A stretch of DNA of 64,000 nucleotides from Candidatus Yanofskybacteria bacterium (GCA_020852375.1 JADZAY010000019.1:15319-79318); one strand, 5' to 3'. Positions 1 through 9,310 are shown, counted from the first letter of the stretch. Numbers and translations are program-made. The notes: generated by a model from the letters alone, not told the origin.

Positions 1-340
1 ATTTCTATCAATTAACATTGGACATTGGGATAGTACAGATTTAAGAAAGATGAGTGAGGAAGTCGGCTTAAAGGATGTTTATGATCAATACTATAATTGG
101 ACTTCCGGCTACATACACGCCAACTGGGCGGCAATGAGAGAGTCTGTGTATGAGAAATGCCTTAATCCACTTCACAGACTCCACAGACTTCCCACAAGAA
201 ATTTTACCAAGCTAACCCCAGTTATCACTGATGCTCAAAATCTCTCTAATAAGATTTTTGAGCTGCTTAGTAAAGCCTATCCTGAATTTTCAGACAGGAT
301 TAAGCCTTTAGTGAACGAGGAGGCGGCAAAAGATAAGTAA
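1..340 (+). CDS. C-terminal fragment of a hypothetical protein; the frame is open from the window edge, so the true start is upstream of the window. It lies in the low-GC islet.
   Basis: Frame 2 has no stop from nt 2 to 340. The AT-rich composition contrasts with the rest of the window. I recognise no motif. Confidence 0.4.
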   Translation, partial: FLSINIGHWDSTDLRKMSEEVGLKDVYDQYYNWTSGYIHANWAAMRESVYEKCLNPLHRLHRLPTRNFTKLTPVITDAQNLSNKIFELLSKAYPEFSDRIKPLVNEEAAKDK

Positions 341-678
341 GAAGGCATATCAGTCTCCCCGTCAAAACTGTTGCAGCGTTGCGTTGCACCTTCATTGCAT
401 CATTGTGCATCATCGGTCATCCACGGCAATCTATGATAACACGATGCAATCATTCTGTTGGAAACCGGCTTTTTCGGTAAATACTGCTTGATCCGACTGA
501 ATTTTATTACGCATTCAATTAGTGCCATTCAAAAGTTTCAAGGAGGCGAGTGCAACTGTTGCAGCAAATTGTTGCGTTTCAATTTTCACAAATTTTGAGA
601 GGGTGTCTCGTGGATATAACTAAGTTAATAAAAGCTATGACGTACTACCATTCCATCTAATCCATTCTTGTTAAAAAT

Positions 679-1065
679 ATGCTAAAAGACAATAAACTAT
701 ATTCGGACGAGTTAGCTTATGTAAAAAGTAAGGGAGCATTATTAAGAAATGTCGTTGTGCTCTCGGCAATGATAGAAGCCCATATTACTTCTCTGGCAGA
801 CAGTTTTTTGATAGCACATAAAGTTAAATACAAGCCCCGCACTGAATGGGACGAGTATGGTTTTGCAATAAGAATTATTGAAGGAAACTCTTTGTTATCA
901 AAGGAAGAACTTAAATCCATTTACGATTTTCGTAAGATTAGAAAGCTGATATTCCACAACCTATTCAAAAGTGAACTAAGCCGGTCTGACTTCAATAGTT
1001 TGATAAAACAGGCTTATAGCATCGGCCTAAAGGTAGTTGAGGCGCTGGAAGGCAAGGAGTTATGA
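679..1065 (+). CDS. Hypothetical 128-aa protein in the low-GC islet; possibly HEPN-like on the basis of an Rx4H motif in RKLIFHNLF
   Basis: Clean ORF in the AT-rich block. The R-x4-H motif is typical of HEPN RNase domains. A terminator hairpin lies downstream. Confidence 0.4.
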   Translation: MLKDNKLYSDELAYVKSKGALLRNVVVLSAMIEAHITSLADSFLIAHKVKYKPRTEWDEYGFAIRIIEGNSLLSKEELKSIYDFRKIRKLIFHNLFKSELSRSDFNSLIKQAYSIGLKVVEALEGKEL

Positions 1066-1170
1066 CCTTACGAGTAGCAACAATTGATTGATCTGTTGCA
1101 GTGATACCGTAGGATAAGGGAAAATCTCCTCCCATTTAATGGTTCGGATATGCGCCCTCCAGGCGAGCAT

Positions 1171-1216
1171 AAAGCAAAACGAGACCCGTGTGGGTCTCGT
1201 TTTGCTTTTATCGTTT
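1171..1216 (+). terminator. Rho-independent terminator; perfect 17-bp stem AAAGCAAAACGAGACCC/GGGTCTCGTTTTGCTTT followed by a T-rich tract
   Basis: The inverted repeat at 1171-1208 is followed by tatcgttt. It sits at the boundary between the low-GC and high-GC sequence. Confidence 0.6.
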
Positions 1217-1344
1217 AGGCGGGAGGGACGAGAACGCCGAACGGATGCGACGCCAGCTGGTGTCGCCCGGAGGCGGTGCCCAGCCCGAGCCGAGTGACTG
1301 ACGAGGCGAGAGGCGAGGGCGAGTCCTACCCGCGGAGCAGATAA

Positions 1345-1373
1345 TTGCATAAACCACAGAAATGTGGTATAAT
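1345..1373 (+). promoter_or_regulatory. Sigma70-like promoter TTGCAT-N17-TGgTATAAT, with an extended -10
   Basis: The -35 element TTGCAT is at 1345-1350 and the -10 element TATAAT at 1368-1373, preceded by TGG. The RBS AGGAG lies upstream of the ATG at 1451. Confidence 0.5.
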
Positions 1374-1450
1374 ACGTTGTTAGGTAATCACGCCTACAGC
1401 TGGCGGAACGCCAGTTCTTTCAAAACTGCGGAACGCAGTAGGAGTAAGCC

Positions 1451-2455
1451 ATGAAGTTGAGTGCCCGGAAGAACCGGAAGCTGATCCAGCAGTATCCGTT
1501 CGTCCACGACATCTTGGGATCACGAAGCCTGGAGCCCCTGGGCGGCGAGCGGGTTGGGGGGCAGATCGACGACCTTACCATCCGCGTGCAGAAGGCGGAC
1601 GGCGACCTGATGTTCCGCCGGGCCCACAACATCGGCTTGGCGGGCGACAACGGACACATCTTCTCGCTGAAGGGCCCGCGCAATGGCCAGGTCGGTCGGT
1701 GCGGTGAGTACATCTTCGCAATCGATGCGAGCGGAGGCATCCTGAATCGGGTCGCGTGGCCGCGCAATCAGAATGAGCGGCGCGGGAAATCGAACCTCTA
1801 CGCGTGGTCGGTGCTCTGGGCCGGACGAACCACGCTGGCGAACGGAGAGCTAGGATACACTAAGCCGATCTGTGACAAAGTCGCATACCTCGTCTGGGTC
1901 ACCGTGGAGGCGTGGCACAAGATGACCGGGGTGGCGGCCGCACCGTTCGGGGAATTCGTGGATCGCCTGGTGGAAGTCACCATCTACGGAGCGCCGGACT
2001 GCGGATTCGAGAAGCTCCAGGAGAAGTCGAACGTCTACGAGAACCTCCACCTCGACAGCAATACCCTCATGAATGCGATGCTCGACAATGACTTCGACAT
2101 CATCTCGATCAACGGCCAGCTCAGCGAGCTGTGCCAGTCCTTCCAAGACGACGTCTACTTCAGCGGCATGAAGGAGGTGCTCGATAAGGGCAACGTCCGC
2201 GGTGCCTCAGGTCAGCTGGGCCCGGTGAAGGTGCTCGTCGGCGAGATGTGCGGCTACGACCGCGTGCAGCTCGAAGACGGTTCCTGCTGGGTCTCGTTCC
2301 AGCTCCGTCCCGGCGCCAAGAACATGTACGTGCTGGGTGTCGGCGGGACGCTTCCCCAGATCCGTCGGCTCATCAAGACCGCGGTGAAGGCCTGGAGCGA
2401 GAAACCCGAAGTCCGCGCTGCCTTCAAGGCGGATCGCGAAGTCTCGGTTCTGTAG
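1451..2455 (+). CDS. Hypothetical 334-aa protein; monocistronic, with its own promoter and terminator
   Basis: The RBS AGGAGTAAGCC precedes the ATG. Third-position GC is high throughout. The stop codon is TAG, and a terminator follows. I recognise no motif. Confidence 0.6.
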   Translation: MKLSARKNRKLIQQYPFVHDILGSRSLEPLGGERVGGQIDDLTIRVQKADGDLMFRRAHNIGLAGDNGHIFSLKGPRNGQVGRCGEYIFAIDASGGILNRVAWPRNQNERRGKSNLYAWSVLWAGRTTLANGELGYTKPICDKVAYLVWVTVEAWHKMTGVAAAPFGEFVDRLVEVTIYGAPDCGFEKLQEKSNVYENLHLDSNTLMNAMLDNDFDIISINGQLSELCQSFQDDVYFSGMKEVLDKGNVRGASGQLGPVKVLVGEMCGYDRVQLEDGSCWVSFQLRPGAKNMYVLGVGGTLPQIRRLIKTAVKAWSEKPEVRAAFKADREVSVL

Positions 2456-2469
2456 CTTGACGCCACGCA

Positions 2470-2506
2470 GGGGTGCATGGAGAAATCCGTGCACCCCGCT
2501 TTTTCC
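2470..2506 (+). terminator. Rho-independent terminator, GGGGTGCA-N12-TGCACCCC followed by GCTTTTTCC
   Basis: A perfect 8-bp GC-rich stem is followed by a T-run. It lies directly downstream of the 1451..2455 stop. A second hairpin plus T-run occurs at 2554..2586. Confidence 0.6.
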
Positions 2507-2617
2507 AATACACCAGAAATCGCGGTAAATGATCTCGCACTCATACTGTCGGTGGCGACGGCATCAGCTGTCGCCTTTTCTTTTACGACACGAAAGTGGT
2601 AGATTTTTTATCTCAGC

Positions 2618-3037
2618 CTAGTGCACGCCGTGGCGCTCGAAGAATGCGCTGTATTTTTTATCTGAGAGGAGAATGTGGTTGCTGAGCCAGGTTATCGAAA
2701 AGTTTGCGAGTTCTTCCGCTAATACTTTCGTTTCTTCTGGGTTGGTCTCGAGCTGTGCGAGTAGTACCCGCACTTTGTCGCGGTAGTGGTCGTGCTCTCG
2801 GATATGCTCTGCGGTGTGCGGATAGGAAAGCTCATGAAAATACCGCTCCTCGGTCGTCAGGTGGTATACGGCATAGTGCTCAAGCTCGCGCGCGATCGCG
2901 ATACAATCCTCCGGCGCCATGTCGGGTCGCTCGATGAGGTCGATGAGGTCGTTCGTGATGCGAAAGAAGTTCTTGTGCTGCTCGTCGATCGATGCTACGC
3001 CGACGCTATATTCCTCTTTCCAGATGAATTTTTGCAT
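2618..3037 (-). CDS. Hemerythrin-like metal-binding protein of about 139 aa
   Basis: His and Glu residues are spaced as expected for a hemerythrin cation-binding domain (IDEQHKNFF, LEHYAVYHLTTEERYFHELSYPHTAEHIREHDHYRD). An ATG with the SD sequence GGAGGTGA lies 8 nt past the stop of the giant gene. The track ORF extends upstream to 3178, but the part beyond 3037 is a spurious overlap. Confidence 0.7.
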   Translation of the reverse strand: MQKFIWKEEYSVGVASIDEQHKNFFRITNDLIDLIERPDMAPEDCIAIARELEHYAVYHLTTEERYFHELSYPHTAEHIREHDHYRDKVRVLLAQLETNPEETKVLAEELANFSITWLSNHILLSDKKYSAFFERHGVH

Positions 3038-3044
3038 CGGTTGG

Positions 3045-6000
3045 TCACCTCCGATACACCGGTACCTGCGAGAGCGCGGTGTAGGGTACGGGAGACTGTG
3101 CGTACCAATTGAACTCGTTGGAGTTGATGCAGAAGACCTTCTTGAAGAAGTCGGGGTCTTCGGAGACGGCCTGGGCACCGGTCAGGTTAATGTGGTGGAG
3201 CATCCCCGTATCCTCGCCGGTGACCTGAACGGCGTAGACCTCTTCGGCGTTCGTTTCGCAGTTGCGGAAAATGCCGGAAACGGGGAACGCGTCGCGGGTG
3301 GTCGGGGGAACCGTCTTCACGACGCTCCAGCCGCCGAGGTGGCCGTAGAAGCCGAAGATGACGGGGTTCAGGAAGAGGCGCTTGTAGCCGATCTCGTTCA
3401 CGATGTAGACGTCGGGGTCGGCAGAGTCGGTGGCACTGATGACGTCCCCTTCACGGAGACCAAGCTGGTCGGGGGGTGTCGGGGTGCCGCTGCCGGAGGG
3501 TGCAGGAGCTGGAGGCGTGCTGGGTTGTGGCGCAGGAGCCGGAGTGGGTGTGGGGGTGCTCGCATCGGAGGTGTAGGTGACTGTGCAGGTGTAGCCAACA
3601 CCGGAGAGTGCGAGGAGGTGACCTTGTGAGTCGCAGTCGCCCCCGAAGATGCGAGTGTAGCCGGTGAGCGGGGTTGCGCTTACGGTGTAGGAGCCGGCCA
3701 GGGCGGGATAGCCAACATTGGGGTCGATGAGACCAGTGTTCAAGGTGAGCTGAACATCCGCAGCGGTTGCTGAGCCGCCGGAGATGGCGAGGGTGACGCG
3801 GATGGAGCCGGCGGGGTTGGAGCCGCCGCCGGACGCAACGACGCAGGTGCTCGTGAAGCCGTTGAGGTTCAGTGTGCCGGCGGTGATCGTGCAGGTGCCG
3901 GAGGTGATGAAGTTGTCTTGTAGGTCCCACGAACCACCGGCGCCGTTGAAGGTGAGGTTGCTCGCGTAGGTCTTACCGGCGGATGTGATGAGTTTTGGAC
4001 CGGTGATAGCGGTGAAGGTGAGCGGTCCCGTGTAGGAGTTGGTCATGCCGGAGCCGAGCGTGATACCACCGGCGATGTTTGCCGAGCTCGCACCGCTCCA
4101 GGTGCCCGTGAAGCCGGAGAAGCTGAGCGAGCCAATAGTGGTGTTGGCGGTATTCCAAGTGAGCGCGGCGGAGGTGCCGGTGGATGGATCGGTGACATCG
4201 CCGAAATTCGCGCCGCCGTTGAGGTTTACGGTGCCACCGGTGTCTGAGGCCATGGTGACGGAGGCAAAAGCATCGGAGGATGCCGCAGAGATTGTCTTGG
4301 CAGAAGTGGAGGTGTCGGTGATAGAGAGCCTTGGAGCGCTGGTGTAGGTGAGGTTCGTGTTCGTGGCGGTGTTCCAGACAGTGCTGATGAAGGTGAGTGT
4401 CCAGATTCCGGAGCCGGGGGTGAGCGTTCGAACATTGCTGTTGGAGCTGGAAAAGGTTCCGGTGGTGACGTTCTTATTGTTCGCATCAAAGGTGCCCGCG
4501 GTGAGCGTGAGAGCGCCGGACGTTAAGACGAGATCATCTGCGAGTTGCAGCGTCCCACCGCTTCCATTCTCAACGAATGTTGCGCCGCCTCCAATTGCTA
4601 CCCCATTCGAAGTGATGATTTGTGTACCGGAGGTCGCGGTGAAGGTAAGTGTGTGGCTCGTCAGCGTCGCTGTCATTGTTGGCGCAAGTGTGAGGTTGCC
4701 GGAGACATTGAACGGAGCGCCGACACTTTCGCTCCAGGTGCCTGTGAAGCCCGTGAAATCCAGATTATGGATGGTTTGAGCGTTTCCGCTTCCGCCGGCT
4801 GTGAAGACTGAGCTGGTGCCTGTTGCCTGCACAGACACATCACCAAAGTTTGCCGGATTCGAGCCGGTGCTTGTGAGGTTCACGGTGCCCGCGGTGGTGG
4901 GGGTGATGGTCACGGAGGTGAACGTATCATTTGCCCCCGCGATAATCGTTTTTGAGGTTGTCGTTGCGTTCAGCACGCTTAAAATGGGCGGCGTGGTCAT
5001 CGTCAGGTTCGTATTCGTGGTGGTTGTCCAAATAGTCCCTGTCCCGGTGAGTGTCCAAGTTCCAGAGCCGGGAGTGATTGTTCGGACATTGCTATTCGAG
5101 CTAGAGAAGTTGGCGGTGCTGACGGTCTGGTTATTTGCATCGAATGTCCCAGCGGTGAGTGTAAGGGTGCCAGACACAGTTACCGCTCCGCCGGCGGTAA
5201 AGGTGCCTGCGGTAAGTGTGAAGGTTGCCGCAGAGACCGTGTTTCCGGCGGTGAACGTTCCGCCGTTGATGGCAAGCGTAGAGGACGTTGAAATGGCACC
5301 GGCGTTCGTAATGGTTCCTGAGGTGAGGGTGAGTGTGCTGGTCGTTGTGAACGCATCGGCGAAGTGGAGGGTCCCGCCGGTGCCGCTCTTGCTGAATGCG
5401 GATGCAAATGACTTTCCGGCGGAGGTAACCGTCTGGGTTCCGGAAGTTCCCGTAAACGTGAAGGCCCCGGTTTGGGTCCGGGTCATCCCTGTGCTCATCG
5501 TGAGGTCGCCCGTGAAGGTCATATTGTTGGCACCAGACCATGTGCCCGCGAATCCTGTGAAATCGAGACTGTTGAATGAAAATGTCGGAAAGCCGGCGCT
5601 CGTGAAAGCGATACTCGTACCCGAAGTGACGAACACGTCATGGAATGCGATTGTCGCGGCAGTGCCACCCGTGAATGTTCCAGCACCGGACATCGAGAAT
5701 TCGATATCGTTGTAGCATCCGGCGGCGACATTGCCCGCACTCATGGTCGGTGCGGCACCGGTGAACTTCAGACGTCCGCTGGAGGTACAGGTGATGTTGG
5801 CAGTCGTAGCCATCGTCCATGCGGAACCGGTTGCGGTGACCGTCCAGAGCCCGCTCCCCATCGTCAGCGTATGTGCGGTGGCGCTGTTTGAAGAGAAGCT
5901 CGCGATAGTGACATTCTGATTGTTTGCATCAAAAGTGCCAGCCGTCATGCTCAGTGCGCCTGTCGTGACAAGCGTATCCGCAAGCTGAACCGTGCCGCCA

Positions 6001-9000
6001 GCTCCGCTCACCGCTATTGCTGAAGCAAGAGAGAGTCCGTTCGTGGTGAGCACCTGAATACCCGAAGTAGCAATGAACGTGAGGGCACCCGTGCGAGTGA
6101 GGGTTATGCCAACCGGAAAGGTAATGCTATCGGAAAGATTGATGTTCCCCGCCCCTGCCCACGTCATTGTCGAAGAGAGCGTCACAGCTCCCGTCGTTGT
6201 CACCGTCCCGCCGGTCGTCCAGGTGCCGGTAAAGCCCGTAAGGTTGATGTTGCGCGCATTGGTGGTGGTGCAGCTGCTGGTGAAGGTGACGGCCGTAGAT
6301 GCTCCCGTGCCCGCGATGTTGATATCTCGGAATGTCGAGGTCGTACATGTGGCAGAAGAAAATGTGATCAATCCAGCGCTGCTCGTCGGGACCGTAAAGT
6401 CATTAAATGTGTTTGCCGCAATCGTGATCGTTTTTCCGGTCGTGCTCGTATCGGTCACGGTGAGCGTGCTGGTGTTCGCATTCAGCGTGAGGTTTGTACT
6501 GGTCTGAGTAGTCCATACCGATCCGGTACCGGTCAGCGACCAAGTCCCAGATCCCATCGTGATCGTCCGGGCATTGCTATTAGAGCTCGAGAATGACCCG
6601 AGATTTATGTTCTGATTGTTTGCATCAAAGATGCCGCTGGTGAGTGTCAGCGCGCCGGTTACCGTCAGCGTATCGGCAGGCGAGAGGGTGCCGGCGCCTG
6701 ATTTTGTAACGACAGGAAGCGAAATACTGTTCGAGGTGATGGTCTGCGTGCCTGAAGTCCCTGTGAATACGACGCCGCCGGTGTTGGTGCGGGTGAGTCC
6801 CACAGGGAGGGTGAGGCTTGAAGTCGACAATGTAATACTGCCGGTACTTGCCCACGTCATGGTTCCCGAGAGCGTGAGGGTTCCGTTGATGACGTTAAGG
6901 TTCGTGTTCTGCGTCCAGGTGCCCGTAAAGCCCGTGAAGTTTACATTATTGAACGTAAAACTATTGTTTGTTCCGCCGAATGTGAGTCCGGCGGATGTTC
7001 CCGTTGCCGCAACGGTAAGGTCGTGCAGAGAGACTCCACCGCTCGAGCCTCCACTAAAGGTCACGACTCCACCCGCAGCGGACGCGATGGAGACATCGTA
7101 AAAAACCGTAGCAGCGCTCGTGCCACCAGGAGAGAGCGTCTTTCCGGTGGCGCTTGTATCGGTGATGGAAATGGTACTCGTTCCCACGTCGAGGGTGAGG
7201 CCGGTTACGGTGGCAGTAGTCCAGATCGTTCCCGTTCCCGTGAGCGTCCACGTTCCGGAGCCCATCGTGAGCGCGCGGGTATTCGAGTTCGTGCTCGAAA
7301 GACTGCCCATCGTCAGGTTCTGATTGTTCGCATCAAGCGTTCCGCTGGTTAGAGTGACGGCTCCTGTTGTCACGAATGCATCGGCGAATGTCAGCGTTCC
7401 CCCCGCTCCTGATTTTGTGATGGCCGACGCGAGTGAAATGCCGTTCGAGGTGATGGTCTGTGTGCCGACTGTTGCGGAAAATGTGATACCTCCGGTAGTG
7501 GTGCGCGTGAGACCAATGGGAAGCGTGAGGTTCGACGTTGAAAGCGTGACGCCACCGGTACTTGCCCACGTCATGGTTCCCGAGAGTGTGAGGGTGCCGT
7601 TGATGACGGTTGGGCTGCTATTCGTCCAGGTGCCGGTGAAGCCGGTGAAATCTAAGTTGTTCACAGTGAGCCCCTGGTTTGTGGAAGCAAAGGCATACGC
7701 CGCCGAAGTACCGGTCGCAGCAACCGTGACGTTGTTCATGGTGCAACCGCCACTCGTACAACCGGAAACGGTAACCGATCCGGCCGTGCCGGAAGGAATC
7801 GATAGGTTGTACATAACAGTACCGCTTCCCGGGAAGGAAAGTGTTTTTGTGGTAGTGGTCGCATTGGTGACAGAAACCGTGCTGGTATTCACATTAAGGG
7901 TGAAATTTGTGCTGGTGGTAGCATCCCATACGGTGCCCACACTCGTGAGCGTCCACGTTCCCGAGCCCATAGATAAGGTGCGGGCGTTCGTGTTATTGCT
8001 CGAGAATATGCCCATCGTCAGGTTCTGGTTGTTCGCGTCGATGGTGCCGCTGGTCAGAGTCAAAGTCCCGGTTGTCACGAAGACATCGGCGAATGAGAGC
8101 GTTCCTCCAGCTCCTGACTTTGTGATTGCGCTCGTGAGGGTGTTCCCGTTTGAAGTAATGGTTTGGGTCCCGGAAGTCCCCGAAAACGCAATAGTCCCGG
8201 TGAAGGAGTTGGTGAGACCGATAGGAAGTGTCAGTCCGCTTGTTGAGAGGGTGATGGTGGCGCTGCCCGCCCAGGTCATGGTGCCGGAAAGCGTAAGGGT
8301 GCCCGCGACGGAAACCGTGCCGGAGCTGTGCGTCCAGGTGCCCGTAAAGCCGGTAAAGTCAAGGTTGTTGAACACATAGGCTACGTTTGTTGTGGCATAG
8401 GCGAGTTGAGCAGATGTACCTGTCGCGGCGACCGTGACGTTGTGGATTGCACACCCTCCGGAGGCGCAGCCAGAAAGCGTGACCGTACCACCGGCACCTG
8501 AGGGAATTGAAAGGTCGTATAAGAGCGTCGCCGTTGAGGAAAAAGCGAGAGTCTTTCCGGTGGTGCTCGAATCGGTGACGGAGACGGTGCTCGTCCCGAC
8601 ATTTAACGTCAGATTGGTTACCGTAGATGTGGACCAGATCGTTCCCGTTCCGGTGAGCGTCCAGGTGCCTGAGCCCATGTTGAGGGTGCGGGTGCCGGTT
8701 CCCGTACCACTAAACGTGCCCATCGTCGGACTGTAGGTCGCAAAATCGAGCGTGCCCGTGAAGGCGCCCATGGTAATAGAGGTGACGGTAGGGTCATAGG
8801 CAAGGGTAACTGTGCCACCACCGGAGGAACCGTCGAACGTGACGGTATCCGCAGCACCGGGGACCGATTGACCCCCCGCTCCTCCGGAAGTTGCCGCCCA
8901 GTGGGTGGTATCGGCGGCATCCCAGGTGCCGGTGCCACCGACCCAATAACGGGAAGCAGCCGAAGCTTCGTGCGCCGAAAGAAGGAGCGAGAGCGCAAAG

Positions 9001-9056
9001 CCGATGCCGAAGAGCGTGATGAATGTTTTGCGGCGCGCAAACATGCCGAATGACAA
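3045..9056 (-). CDS. Giant secreted cell-surface repeat protein, about 2000 aa. It has a signal peptide, about eight tandem Thr/Gly/Ser-rich beta-strand repeats of roughly 200 aa each (adhesin or autotransporter-passenger-like), a Pro/Thr linker, and a conserved 140-aa C-terminal domain.
   Basis: A single uninterrupted ORF. The N-terminus reads MFARRKTFITLFGIGFALSLLLSAHEASA, and the true start may be the ATG at 9044 or the TTG at 9056. The reiterated motifs include GSGTWTLT, NLDFTGFTGTWT, GTQTITSNG, ITKSGAGGTL and TSGTxDANNQN. The C-terminal domain (KRLFLNP, YGHLGG, FRNCETN, VTGED, LHH, FCINS) is shared with 50064..51161. Confidence 0.85.
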   Translation of the reverse strand: MSFGMFARRKTFITLFGIGFALSLLLSAHEASAASRYWVGGTGTWDAADTTHWAATSGGAGGQSVPGAADTVTFDGSSGGGTVTLAYDPTVTSITMGAFTGTLDFATYSPTMGTFSGTGTGTRTLNMGSGTWTLTGTGTIWSTSTVTNLTLNVGTSTVSVTDSSTTGKTLAFSSTATLLYDLSIPSGAGGTVTLSGCASGGCAIHNVTVAATGTSAQLAYATTNVAYVFNNLDFTGFTGTWTHSSGTVSVAGTLTLSGTMTWAGSATITLSTSGLTLPIGLTNSFTGTIAFSGTSGTQTITSNGNTLTSAITKSGAGGTLSFADVFVTTGTLTLTSGTIDANNQNLTMGIFSSNNTNARTLSMGSGTWTLTSVGTVWDATTSTNFTLNVNTSTVSVTNATTTTKTLSFPGSGTVMYNLSIPSGTAGSVTVSGCTSGGCTMNNVTVAATGTSAAYAFASTNQGLTVNNLDFTGFTGTWTNSSPTVINGTLTLSGTMTWASTGGVTLSTSNLTLPIGLTRTTTGGITFSATVGTQTITSNGISLASAITKSGAGGTLTFADAFVTTGAVTLTSGTLDANNQNLTMGSLSSTNSNTRALTMGSGTWTLTGTGTIWTTATVTGLTLDVGTSTISITDTSATGKTLSPGGTSAATVFYDVSIASAAGGVVTFSGGSSGGVSLHDLTVAATGTSAGLTFGGTNNSFTFNNVNFTGFTGTWTQNTNLNVINGTLTLSGTMTWASTGSITLSTSSLTLPVGLTRTNTGGVVFTGTSGTQTITSNSISLPVVTKSGAGTLSPADTLTVTGALTLTSGIFDANNQNINLGSFSSSNSNARTITMGSGTWSLTGTGSVWTTQTSTNLTLNANTSTLTVTDTSTTGKTITIAANTFNDFTVPTSSAGLITFSSATCTTSTFRDINIAGTGASTAVTFTSSCTTTNARNINLTGFTGTWTTGGTVTTTGAVTLSSTMTWAGAGNINLSDSITFPVGITLTRTGALTFIATSGIQVLTTNGLSLASAIAVSGAGGTVQLADTLVTTGALSMTAGTFDANNQNVTIASFSSNSATAHTLTMGSGLWTVTATGSAWTMATTANITCTSSGRLKFTGAAPTMSAGNVAAGCYNDIEFSMSGAGTFTGGTAATIAFHDVFVTSGTSIAFTSAGFPTFSFNSLDFTGFAGTWSGANNMTFTGDLTMSTGMTRTQTGAFTFTGTSGTQTVTSAGKSFASAFSKSGTGGTLHFADAFTTTSTLTLTSGTITNAGAISTSSTLAINGGTFTAGNTVSAATFTLTAGTFTAGGAVTVSGTLTLTAGTFDANNQTVSTANFSSSNSNVRTITPGSGTWTLTGTGTIWTTTTNTNLTMTTPPILSVLNATTTSKTIIAGANDTFTSVTITPTTAGTVNLTSTGSNPANFGDVSVQATGTSSVFTAGGSGNAQTIHNLDFTGFTGTWSESVGAPFNVSGNLTLAPTMTATLTSHTLTFTATSGTQIITSNGVAIGGGATFVENGSGGTLQLADDLVLTSGALTLTAGTFDANNKNVTTGTFSSSNSNVRTLTPGSGIWTLTFISTVWNTATNTNLTYTSAPRLSITDTSTSAKTISAASSDAFASVTMASDTGGTVNLNGGANFGDVTDPSTGTSAALTWNTANTTIGSLSFSGFTGTWSGASSANIAGGITLGSGMTNSYTGPLTFTAITGPKLITSAGKTYASNLTFNGAGGSWDLQDNFITSGTCTITAGTLNLNGFTSTCVVASGGGSNPAGSIRVTLAISGGSATAADVQLTLNTGLIDPNVGYPALAGSYTVSATPLTGYTRIFGGDCDSQGHLLALSGVGYTCTVTYTSDASTPTPTPAPAPQPSTPPAPAPSGSGTPTPPDQLGLREGDVISATDSADPDVYIVNEIGYKRLFLNPVIFGFYGHLGGWSVVKTVPPTTRDAFPVSGIFRNCETNAEEVYAVQVTGEDTGMLHHINLTGAQAVSEDPDFFKKVFCINSNEFNWYAQSPVPYTALSQVPVYRR

Positions 9057-9310
9057 TGATTTTCCTACTCATTCTACTTCACTCCGCACGAGAAGGGAAT
9101 AGAAATCGGGGGATTTCTTTTTCTTGAGATATGTGGGATAATCAGGGAGTAGCTATCACAACAATATTTCCATGGCGAAACGATATGGAGCGATGGGTCG
9201 GAACGCTACAAAGCGCCGATCGCACCCTCGAAAGACGGCAAAGCGATTGGCCGCGAAGCGGGCAACGCTCGCCAGCCGTTCAGCAAAGAAAAAGCGATAA
9301 TCTCCCTTCT

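Noticed and set aside
3398-8736. Numerous 60-350-aa ORFs on the plus strand and in alternative minus frames inside the giant gene, for example 4801..5715, 6616..7101, 7324..8379 and 3451..3930
   Set aside because: They are antisense or out-of-frame shadows of a repetitive high-GC CDS. Their repeated peptide motifs, such as MFASKMPLVSV and MFASSVPLVRV, reflect the DNA repeats. They have no RBS and mixed third-position composition.
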